Shown here: piece by piece, positions 12,601-24,268 of the stretch | How the letters are laid out: the number at the start of each line of letters is the position of its first letter | Numbering within the stretch: position 1 is the stretch's first letter | The notes under the pieces: model-generated | The model's input: only the letters and a program-made list of their open reading frames with translations | Database searches by the model: none | Told to the model about the DNA's origin: nothing | Translations under genes and position numbers: made by a program | Origin: Phoronis australis | Taxonomy: Eukaryota > Animalia > Phoronida | Assembly (NCBI GenBank): GCA_002633005.1 | Contig: NMRA01000038.1 | Location: forward strand, 467,417-531,416 | Reading direction: 5' to 3' | DNA length: 64,000 bases

Positions 12601-15600
12601 TTTAATGTAACGTGGGCATCCTCGTTGGATTAGATTATTTACGGTCTGACGGAATCGCGGAGTATTAGACATGACGGGGGGGGGGGGNNNNNNNGGGGGT
12701 CTGATCATAGAACGGAAAAAAACAAACTTTTCAAACATGGCTCAAGAATTTCACTGGACATTGGCTCTAAACGTGACTTGTATTCGAATACGACGCTGTT
12801 GTGTATTTTCCAGTGTTTTTCTGGCCCGCAGGTGCGTACTCGAAAATGACGCACGGTGTAACATGAAATAAAATACTAGTCCGAGAAATAAGTTACACAG
12901 TAAGTAAAGCTCCGTGAAGAATTCCTTTAAGAAAAATATTACAGTTATACGCCTTCTTCAGGAATTGTTAACTTGAATAACTTCAGTGTTAATTTTCATG
13001 ATTTTGAAGGAAAACTTCTCTTGCATTTCGAATTTGCTTCAGTGGCTTGGTCAGGACAATTTGGGTCAGAGTTGGGTTGCTCCTTAAATTAGAATTTTAT
13101 CTTGATTTTAACTTATCAACCATGCAAACATAAATTACTTCAATAAATAATACTGAAAATTGTTGGCGTAATCTCGAATGAAGAGAAAATGTACGCGTGC
13201 TCAAGAGTGTCCAGGGAACTTATTTACCGGTACAACTTAATTCCTACGACAAAAAACAGTATCGAGATCTAACAGTGACTGGCCTTGGCAAGTACAGCGG
13301 GATAGTGACCTAAGGGGCTATCGTTTTGCTCAGGGTTTACCCCAAAATGACAAAACTTCTGTTTGCAATGCAGTCCAACTGAGACACGGTTGCGTATTCC
13401 AAATAAACCCGGCATATCCCTTCAGTGTAAACGAAAACTTTCTATACCCATAAAATATTATTTTAGAGAATTAGATGCGCTACTTACTAACCAATGTTGA
13501 GATTGCGTGTTGTTTGTAAAGGTAAGTGGATCAGTACGGCCATTTTTCATGCCTCAACCAATGTTTATCTAACATTTGTGTGGAGCGGCAATAAATAGAG
13601 ACAGCGAGAATAACTACAGAAATGGTCTTTACTTGAGTTTACCTTTTGTTGGAGGGTGCGTCCAGGGGGTACTTAAAAAGGCGGGGAATATGGGAGGTGT
13701 CATCCAGGTGTGTCATTCTGCAGAACTGGAATTGAAATTTTCCCCAACAAAAGTGTTGCCTTTGTCGGCAAAAACTAATTTGTCACAAGAAATTTTCTTA
13801 TAGTACACTTATTTTTAAAATTACACGTTTTGCGCGGAGTTGACTGGCTCTTTGAGTAATTGCAAAATAATGAGATATACTTTTTCTCTAAAGTTCCAAC
13901 AAAAGGGTCCCATTTTGACGTGTCAGGATTTCTAAAGCGGTGCATGGTGGTTTTCCGATTTCCCAGCCACACAACTCTGTTTGATATGTGGAATATATTC
14001 CAGAAATTTACACTATTCTTGGTGTCAAAGTTTTGGGCAATAATAACTATTTCTGCAATTTCACATCTACTCTGATTCAGGAGTACGAGTAGAACCGAGT
14101 GGAAGATTTTATCTTGCCATAGATATAACTCACGGTACACTACACCTTTGAAGTAAATGCTTACACTGATTTCCCTTTCTGCGAGATATTTATTCCTTCT
14201 TAACTAAAATTTACCCCAAGCTGTATGGCTTAGAATGTACTCCATTAGTGACCAAGTTGCAACCTTACGCAAATACGCTGTCGATGCGTCGTTGATGACG
14301 TCAGACAGCTCACTGCCGAACACATAACAATAAATCTTTCAGGTATGATGCATAAAGCGTTAGAATCTGGAACAAAAGTAATGAACAGGCTTTCTTTATG
14401 CCTTTCTCTATCTTACCTTAGGTGTTCTCCTGGATTAGCTGTAATATTGGGCGATTTGCTGATTTATAACGTCAGTTTCAATGTAGTTTCTTTATCAATA
14501 ACTAAGTACCCTCGAGCACAGTGCTAAGTTAAACAAAACATGAAAAACGCCGACAAACGAGAGCTAGGAAGAGACATTTATCCTCGCATTATCCTACCGT
14601 GAATACGTACTAAGCTCCACCAGTCAAAGTTCGCCACCAGAGTAGCTCAGTGAGAAATACAGAGACACTTGCGAACTAACCAAAGTGAACCGCCGATTAC
14701 ATTGTTACATATCCTAATGAAAATGCTCTGGAATAAAGAAAACTCTCCTGAATCGTTGATTACCTGTAACAAACACCTTTTGATAATCTCACACTCGTCA
14801 CAGGTTCAAGAGGTGCATTCCTCTACGGGCCGTTATGTTTGTTTAATTGAGCTCAATGACACAAGAGCTCGCCGCTCGAGCTAGTGTTTTTGTTTATGGC
14901 TATTAATGAAGTCTAACCTGGGCAATAGCAGTATTTTTATGTCCTAGGCTTTCACAACGGTGACCTTTTCGGTCGATATTACGGGAAGAACAACTCTGCG
15001 TAAAACATCGTGATTATATCAATAAGTGCCCAGTCTGTTTTATTACATATGACGTCACTGGAGATTAACTCACGTAGCGTCTACGCATTTAATAATAATT
15101 TCAATGAAAGGATTAACACAAGAGACATGTGTGATGCTTTTTCAACAGGACGAACCATTATTTGGCTCGTGATAAAAAGTTCACTAAATCAGGCAATCCG
15201 AAACCGTTTTTCGTGAACTTGATATTCAGCTTTTGAATAAAAGGCATGGGTTTTCTGCAAACGTTATCAGCTCAATTTACCCACCATTTAAACACCTTTC
15301 ATCGCCAATTTCTTTTTTTTTGGGGGGGTTACTGTTAATTTTGGAATCTTTATATTTTTCATCGCAATTGTATTTTGCTCAAACCCAACGCATGTTGACA
15401 ACGTACAGTTCAAATCACATTTAATGCGAGGTAATGATTGAGAGGCAACGTTAAATTATATATTTTCCGTTCGAAAAAGTGACAAAACTCGAGATTCTTC
15501 ATCATACCTTTAATTTTTATAAAATAAGTATTGCGTAATTTTCATACCCAGTGAATCTCAAGCCATAATATTGTGAGGCATTTCATATATGTTGATTGAA

Positions 15601-17439
15601 CTTGACTTGATTGTAGGAAATGACATCCTTTGATCAGTCAAGCACCCTTCGTGTGGTTTATGGAGATGTTTGTACAACTGCCTGAGATTACGAGGAGATA
15701 TCACTGTTAGTGGAGGAGCGTCACACGAGGCATAAACTTAGCCCTGGAGGGGCACTCGACTATATTGTTGATTGGCATGCGACTGCAAAGTTACCCATCT
15801 ATTCAGTGATAGGACTCAATAACGGAGACGCATTTGTAGGGAGCTTCTCTGAAAAGTCTTTCTCACGTAGAGATTTACTTCTGAAACATTACCGTTTTGT
15901 AGGGATGAGTTCCATAATCATAACTCTATCGGTTGCTTAGATAGCCGTTTTTTTACCTATTGAGGCTAATTCATTAGAAAAATGTTTCATGTTTTCAAAA
16001 ATGAGTACTGCGTCTTCTATAACGGAACTTTTCAAATGTATAGGTAACATCAAACACATTCCACATATTTTTAGTAGTTTTTGAAAATTGAAACTGCCAA
16101 AATGAACTCTTTTGTATGGAATAAAGGCAAAAAAAAACAACACTTATTCACGTAAGATTTCGTTAGAAAAAGTACCTTTCTCAAGGAAACCGGTCGTCGT
16201 GAAACGTCAACCATCCGAGTGGCATATCGGGTATACCTCTTCCATGAGAGTACCCTCGAATAAACAGGCCCACATGATTTGCGTTGCTGCATGTCTAGCA
16301 CTCTACACTAAGATTTCTGTATACTAGCCTCGAACAAGTTGATATTTTACTGCGGAAGATTTAAAAAATTCAGACACTTTCCCGTTCATCTAATAATTTG
16401 TGTAAAAGGTGATTTTTCCCCTCGCGCGACCAACCCGATTTTTTTGAGACAATTCAGTATGTATGCCACAAAAATAGCGCGACCCAACACTTAAAATTAG
16501 ATAAAGTTTGCCCACTGAGTAACCCAGCATAAGTCGAGGGAAAACTGACGACCACGACCCAATTTGAAAAATTATTTGGTTTGCACTAGGTTGGGTAATA
16601 AGTTTGCTCAAACATTTGATTTTGTTTATGTATTGTACATAATCCATTTCGAACATAACAAAATGGCATACCTAATTTCAATGCCACAACATAACCTAAT
16701 CTTGTGAATAGCGTTTTCTTTTACAGAAAAATATTCACGAACACTTTCATCTTTTAAGAATATGAATTATTTCGCAATCTACATTTGCACAAATTCTAAA
16801 ATACCCGTCAAATTGGATCTCGATTTTTACTTACCAGTCCAGTTTCTGATCAGAAGGATATTGCATGCAACTACATCTTCGCTATCCGAGGCACATCGAT
16901 CCGCTTTCACACTTTTTTCCTTTGTGTACCTGTTCGTGCGAGCTCCCTTATCTAAATAGCCAGTCTGTTTATCGCTAGCGCTTGTATGGGTGAATCGCCA
17001 CGTAACGTTTACACTCGAGGGTGTAAAATACCCTTCTATACAAACTCTAATTCGGAGAAGTGCGAAGAAAAGACAGCTCAGGTAACCGCGTCGTTGGTTA
17101 AGTAAACAGGTGGGAATCAAAGCCCCCGACAAAGATCTATTTACAGATTTAGTTACTGTTTATAGAGAACAAAGAATACGACCCTAACTATTCAATAGAT
17201 TTTAATCGCCAACAACATGCCAACAACCCGAAGTGCAATATCCTTTGGCAATCGCCACAATGACGTAGCAGGGGGCAGCGCGCTAAGGGAAATTTATTGC
17301 AACTTAGCACGCGAGGGCAAGGTAGATTTTGTAATGAAAACCGGTTATGACAAAACAACTTACGATGCGGAGAAAGCAGAGCCTAAATGAAAATGTACAC
17401 CCAGGAATAAGCTTTCAAACTGAAAACGAATTTTTTACA

Positions 17440-17905
17440 AGTATGTACGACCCTAAAAAGATGTCCAAATTTGGCTAAGTTCAGAACATATCTCAGAAAT
17501 GGATGATCGGATGAATATGAAACTTTCAGATACTATGCTTTATGCGCTGTTCTCTAAAACGCAACTTTTACATGACGACTATGAAAAAGCTCAAAAGGTG
17601 CACCAAACGAAAGGATAATTTAGAAAACTGTAGGTCTAACAGCGTTCTTGCGGATTCATAAAATATGATATTAATGTAGTCATGTTATTGATGCTGTTGA
17701 GTTGCTATCGATGTACCTTTGTTTTTCACTAAATTTTACTGAAAAGACAAGGTCACGTGACCCAATTAATGTCAGAATGGTAAGAAGTTTTAAAAATATT
17801 AAAATTCTACAAGCTTTCATTTCCACATACTTTCAATGAATTCAAATCTATATTTTTGTAGAGATTTTGATCAATACAGAACTGTGGATAAGGTCCTAAA
17901 TAACT
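17440..17905. mobile_element. Diverged copy of the Kolobok-like MITE at 56262-56785
   Basis: Shares atgtccaaatt(t/a)ggctaa, ggtca(c/t)gtgacccaattaat and the terminal aaggtccta(a/c)ataac with the 56-kb copy. A further fragment lies at ~49440-49612. Confidence 0.65.
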
Positions 17906-18586
17906 TTAGAAGTGCACGGGTTTAACAAGGCTAGTTCCGATTCTGCTTTTTCAGCTTTTGGGAATAAGATATGGTTCACGGGTTTACAATATCTTTGACA
18001 ACCGTTGCCCTCTATTGGTCACATTTGAAATTACTATTGCAAACCATGCACTTCCATTCAGAAATACAAACCCTACAATAATGGAGATTTAAAACTGAAA
18101 GTATATCACAGAAACTTCGAAAGAAAAAGAGCGACAGAAAATTAACTTGTGATTTTTGGTTGTTGATTTGTGTAAACGATCTTTAAGCAATGTCAGTCAA
18201 TTAATGGGGTGAAAATTTGTTTTCTCGATGGCACTTAGAGCAAACACTTCACTTTTCAGCAAAGCAGCACATTTACTGATTTCGAACATACTCAAACTCC
18301 TGAATATCAGGAAATACAAGACAATTAAATGCAAGCTCATGGCTTGTCGTTGCAGTGGCCCTACAATGTCTCATATTTCTATTTTATTGTCAGATTTCTT
18401 GACAGCATGATTGAAACCTACCAGGGCTGTTTCTAGAAGAGACCATTGGGTTTTGTCGTCTGACTATAGCCAAAAGTCAGAAATCTGACTACAGCCAGTC
18501 AAAAGTCGATTTTTTGTCTTTGTATTTCTTGAAACCGTTTCTTATCTGTTTATCCCAGCAGACTATGTATTTCTGTCTTTTTACTA

Positions 18587-18952
18587 AAAGATGTATTTGC
18601 ATGCTCCTAACTATACTAATATATATCAGAAACTAAACAACAATGCCATTTTAACACAATCTACACTAAACAAAATGCAGTTGTATTCAATGACAACTTG
18701 TAAATGTGAAAACAAAAAATTCTGAAAATAGGCGAGCTTTGCACCAATGACGTGCCTTTCGGGCTCACAGCGTGTATCATGCAGTATTATTCCCCAGCAC
18801 CACATCACGAGACTTACTGAACACCGTTGAGTGATTTGCGGCGGATCACTTTTGCCACAAAACTTGTTCTTCAAACAATTGGTAACTTTCAACCTACTTC
18901 ATATTCACATCATTGCTGTATGTTGTGTTTCTAATTTGGCCAAGCAATCACG
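18587..18952. repeat. Dispersed repeat, homologous to 55359-55721
   Basis: Collinear similarity, e.g. tctacactaaacaaa, caacttgtaaatgtgaaaacaaaaa, taatttg(g/a)ccaagcaatcac. Confidence 0.75.
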
Positions 18953-20479
18953 GAGAAAAGTAATCGGCATACAATTTCCGCTGAACTTTCAGCCCCCGTC
19001 TGGGGCCTCTTCCCAAAAAAGTGACTCAAGACGGAACTTTGGTCTTACATTACACAAATATTACTGAAAAATAAATAAACCTCACTTGACAAACAATACA
19101 GTCCTTGAGAATATATGCACAATTGCTAATTACTGAGAAAATTTATCTAAATCATTTCTAGACAGTGATGCCCACATAATTACCAGGTTATCAAACCTGT
19201 TTTCAGCAATTGTGAAGAAGCCAATAACAAATTTCTGTCTAAAGTCCTAAGTCACTTTCAGGAAATGGGGCCCTGATTTTCACGAAACAGGTCAAGCCAT
19301 CCTAGACTGGTTGTTATCCGAAAGTCAAAAGATTCAATCCCATAGATTCTTCCAAAAATGGGCTCAGGCCTCCTTGTTTGGAACACCCACTGCTCACACT
19401 GACCGCCAACAGTGGCATCACAGCATGAAGCATTTAATCCTAGTGACAAAATCCCAGACTTTCATTATCTTTTTACAGGAAGCTACAGGTAACCTCTTTA
19501 ATTAAAGCCAACAATATTGCAAACAAGTGTAATGTTATGTTAATGATATGCCAATAAAATTCAAAAGAAAATTAACAATTACTATATTTTCACTTCATTT
19601 AGAATAGTTTGTACTGTATATCTAGAATCTAACACCATTTTTTATTTTAACATGTTATATTTATCAATTTGAATGTGTAAACCAGTCCTTCAAAAAACAG
19701 ACAAATGCAATTTCAGCACTTCTTGTGCAAAATTGTTAAAACATATGATAATACTAAAAGTTGCCACGGAGATACTGGTTATTGTTCACACTATTCACGA
19801 ATATGTGAAAGAACACAAAGTTGTTTTGTATTCACTAGAAGCAGAAAATGACAACAGAATATCGACAGTGCTTTTTATATTCTCATAAAGATGTTTCATT
19901 GTCAACCATTGGTATAATAAGAAAATTGTCCACGTCTTACTTCGTATGTTGCAAACCAACCACCAGCTAGTTGACATTAGCCAGTTATATACTGCTTCAC
20001 ATTGAGAACATATATCACAACTGAACCACTGTTCAATTGTCAGAATGAGTCTTAATGATGCTAACAGCCACTGCACTCATTCAGCCCCAAGACAGTCTAG
20101 GGAGAGGGTCAAAATGTTGCATTTTCCAATGTAAGTTCAGTTACTTGATTTATTCACAACCTCATCTTTGAACCCCGACTAAACGAATCAAGATATTAAT
20201 TCGTACATTTTTGGTTTGCTTCAACAAACAACCAAATGCCACTGACTTGTTACCTTGTATGTCCCAACCAGTTGACTGTCCACTTATCATCTAAATTTGT
20301 TTCAAGTGGCCCCTCACATTACCAACAATCTCTTCGTCCCTTATGGCAGACTCACTCTATGCCATAGCACCAACTCCAGTTTCCACTAGTTGACCATGCC
20401 TGAAACCACTCCATGATTCCGGACTGCAACTACATGCAGTATACTCACAAGCTTCAAAATCTTAATCCAGAAATGTTTG

Positions 20480-21869
20480 CTATTTGGCTACATATTTAAC
20501 TTCATCAAATGCTTTTCTGGCTTTCTTCAATTCTTCATTCATAGTCAGTAACTCACGAACACGAGAATATTTCTTAGGGTCCTTCCTTATAAGGTAGATG
20601 ATGTCCTGGACTTGTATCCTTCCTGGACGGCCCACATCCAAACTCTTCTTTGTCTGCAATGCAGAATAACAAAAATAATACAGTACACAAATGCTGCAGA
20701 GAACTCAAAAAATATTTATCTCCAAAGTCAAAAGGAAACCAGTTTGAGACATAATTTTTCAGACAAGTAAAACTTTGTTTTTATTTCAAGACAAGTAGCA
20801 CCAAATACACACCAACAGGATTTTCACACAAGTGGACGAAAAAACATGCACTGTTTACCCCAGAGTATCCAGTGAATTCCTTGGCACACAAAAGGCTTGA
20901 TAGCGCCGTCACGGATTGAAGTGAGCAAGTCAAAGTAAAAAAACGAATAATAAATAAGGCAAATGACCAATGTGGTTGTTCTTAAAATTAAAAAGTAAAT
21001 ACCAGCCGTCTGAATTTTTAAAATCGATACATTATAAGAGAAACTAGCTAATAGGATTTCTTCAGCATTGCGACTAAGCCCTGAGCATTAATATGTGAAT
21101 GGATTAGGATGCGTTAGTCCATGGGCGGCGCACCATAGGGGGCTTGGGGGGGTATAGCTTTTAGTGCTAGTAAAGCTATCCGGGCAGAGGCAAGGTAGTT
21201 TGCTTGACTAGATTTTCTGAAATAAGGGATTATAATGTTGTGAAAGTGCTTCTGGTGAATCATATATGAGCCTCTGTTAGCCACTCGCTAACGGGCAATT
21301 GCCTATTAGCTGAATGGTGTGTGTGGGGGCTTTTTGTGAACATTTTTGTTCTTTGACTGTGAATTTCTTACAAAGTCGCCGTAACTGGACACCGTGAATG
21401 GTATTGGGAGAAAGAACAATTCTTCATGGTTTGTTGAACCCCTGTTTTGTGTAAATTTATTGAGTTTTATGTTTGCTATGGACGGCTGAAGTGAAGCACC
21501 CGTGGAATTTCTAGTCGGGAGTGTCATACCTTGTAGTATTATATGTAGCAGTGTATTGGGGACGATCAGAAGCTGAGGACGCCTGTGCTGTGGGTGAAAT
21601 CGGGGTCGCTGGTTCGATTCCCGAGGTCAGGCAAACTCGGCTATTACGACAGAACTTTACATCATGTCAATTACCATTTCTGTAATGAATTCCATCACCA
21701 GATCTTCTAGCATGTCCACAGACTCTGTGTATGGGTTCTGGTCATCACCAAACCCGTACATCATGCACCGGAGCTCTTTTGAAAAGATTTTCTTTCTCTG
21801 TTGCTGAGGAACATCGTCTTCAACCTCATCTTGCTCGTCTTCAAACTCGTGTGAACTTGACTCATCCAT
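20480..21869 (-). CDS. TAF13: Transcription initiation factor TFIID subunit 13 (122 aa)
   Basis: Coding exons 21869-21675 (..RKKIFSKELRCMMYGFGDDQNPYTESVDMLEDLVMEFITEM) and 20653-20480 (TKKSLDVGRPGRIQVQDIIYLIRKDPKKYSRVRELLTMNEELKKARKAFDE..*), joined by a phase-0 GT-AG intron. These are the conserved TAF13 histone-fold motifs. A probable 5'UTR exon ends at 22031 (GTAAGT donor). Confidence 0.96.
21545..21655 (+). repeat. Degenerate tRNA-derived (SINE-like) fragment in the TAF13 intron
   Basis: Pol III B-box ggtcgctGGTTCGATTCCcg at ~21603-21622; weak A-box; no complete cloverleaf. Confidence 0.4.
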
Positions 21870-22030
21870 TCTAGACCGTGCTAAATTTGGAAACCAACAT
21901 GAAAGAAATCAATGAATTTATTAGTATTTTTAAATACTAGTAAAAATTTGGTCCTGATCAAAATCACGAACTAAGTTGTGTCTGTCTGTTCTGTCCCATC
22001 AAGAACTGAAGCAAGAGGGCGCTCACTTAC

Positions 22031-23174
22031 TGTTTCAACCAATCACCCTGAACAATTTAAGGCACGTGACTCGTGAAGCAATGGCGGTCTTTGCTACAAA
22101 ATTTGATTTCCTGGAGCTACAAATCGGCAGTGACAGGCTTAGCTGTTAAATAACGTATGTTTAATTGTTTCATTGTTGGTACTAGAAGCAAAGAACCCGA
22201 AGTATTGTTTAAAATCGTACTCCAATGTCATAGCCATTGACATTTTCTAAATCCGCTCTATTTGTTTATCACTTTATTTGATTCCACTGGCACTGAATTA
22301 ATATAAATTACTGGACTCCGTCTTTTTTGTTGCCACTACTTAAATCACTGTTTTCTATTGGTTCCCATTTTCAGTGTGTTAAGACTAGAACAGCTATTTT
22401 CCCATGGTCCCTACAGTGCTTGACGTTTAGCATAAAGCCAACTTGTCAAATGCGACCTGGCTATAGCAACAGGGTTGGGCCGCATAAAACTTCAAAATTA
22501 TCCGCTGGATTAGTTTGATTGTTGCATGACGTCAGGTGCATTGTTCGGCACTAGTCAGATATAATGGACCTTGATTTAGAGAACCAGTTTCATCCACGAA
22601 ATAACGGCTGTTATTTAGTGATTGCCTGGTTCTCTAAGTCAGGGTCCATATCCAACTAGTGCCCATTGTTCAACAATAACAACGTGGCGCATGATAATGC
22701 GACGTCATTGTTGGCCCTGGTTGCCAAACTGGAACTGAGGTTGCCAAAACACATTGGCAAGAGTTGAAACGAAGTGAAAAGCCAGCGAACGGAAAATCAG
22801 AGGCATGCTCATTGACAACCAATAAATATCGCACTCATAGACACACCTGCTGGGGCAGTCGAACATGATTTGACCCTTCAGCTTTTTGCCAAAGATCCTG
22901 ATTTCCGCTTGTTTACTTCCTGTAGTATTTTGAGTGCGTGCTCGGATGTGGGGCTGGCAACCTGAGATTTTTTACTACTTTACCATTACCAGTCAATTGT
23001 CAGGCATGCGGGTGAATCTTGTCGGCACTGCCTGACTGGGGGCACTCTATTGCCCCAAGTCAATCCCTGTGATGTGATTATGTGCAGTTAATTTGTGGGT
23101 TTTAGTTTCAGGAGTTATTGCCTGAGTCCTTACTGTGCATCCACTGACTGTTTGACAGTGTTTCGATATGTGGG
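22031..23174. promoter_or_regulatory. Divergent promoter region of TAF13 and CCDC150
   Basis: Lies between head-to-head genes and is bounded by outward-facing GTAAGT donors (22030 on minus, 23175 on plus). Contains CCAAT (22039, 22819), E-box GCACGTGAC (22062), CRE TGACGTCA (22527) and ETS-type ACTTCCTG (22915). Confidence 0.6.
22547..22663. mobile_element. Hairpin MITE family A, copy 2 (Merlin-like)
   Basis: GGCACTAGT...ACTAGTGCC ends; perfect 8-bp direct repeat cattgttc at 22539-22546 and 22664-22671. Confidence 0.8.
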
Positions 23175-23842
23175 GTAAGTTTCTGGTGAGGTATTTCCAG
23201 GGTCAAACTAAAGACTCTCTGTCAATATATCCAGCTGGATATTGTTAACACATTGTTCATCTTAAATTGAAAGTAACTAATGCATGTTATCATGGGTTTA
23301 AGTACTTCCCTATGGTAATTTTTACTTAACAAATATATTGATTTAAAGCCTAACTTCTGTGGAATTTTGTTATTTTAGATGTATTAGGCTAACCAGTTAG
23401 TCCCAGTAAAGCCTTAGCAAAATAAGAAAACATGGGTTTAATCACTCAAATGTATTCCCATCAAATGATAGGTGAAGTTGCCTTTTCATGCCATGTTGTA
23501 TCACTGTGAGATCGCAGCTCAAACAACAAAAGCGCCAAAAACAATTTTATTGAATAGGGGTCTGAATAGAACACCACTGTGTGCGGGTGTCATTTGCAGC
23601 TGTTGGAATTAATTTAAAAAAGGGTTCTCTAAGTGGTATAGACAAAAGCAAACCAATACACCTAAAAGTTCATTTCATTTCACTTGGCAATTTACAGCAC
23701 TAATGGGCTCAGAGCAATGCTTTTAACATACTGTAGAACCCAAGTTTACATGTGTTACAGTTCAAGGTAGACTTTAAATAATTGAAATTAATTGAAATCA
23801 AATAGATTTTGGTATGTCATCAGTTACCAACGAATGAAAATA

Positions 23843-24084
23843 TAAAATAGTAAAACTAGTAAAACTAAAATGACGAGCGTCGGTACTAAAATGTATTAAA
23901 ATATCCCCACGTATCGAGCAATGCGCTCTTTCTGAAGGGTGTGCTACAAACTGCTGAATACATGTGGATAGATCTAAAATAAAATGGCACAGGGGACCAC
24001 ATAGTGACATACATACGTGGGGATATTTTAATATATTTTAGTACCGACGCTCGTCATTTTAGTTTTACTAGTTTTACTATTTTA
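23843..24084. mobile_element. Foldback element/MITE with 72-bp near-perfect inverted repeats
   Basis: 23843-23914 is the reverse complement of 24013-24084 with one visible mismatch; TA at both outer ends. Confidence 0.8.
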
Positions 24085-24268
24085 GAAATTAATTGATTTG
24101 TAACTTAAGGTCAGTTAAAAGGCACTACTACTACTAAAATTTCCACAAATGCACTTGATCGTAAGAGAATTTTTATTCATGATAAACACATAAAAATATC
24201 CATTTGAATAAATTTATTTCTGTTTTTAACTTTACATTTGCTTACTGTTTACTTGCCCCAACTTTTAG

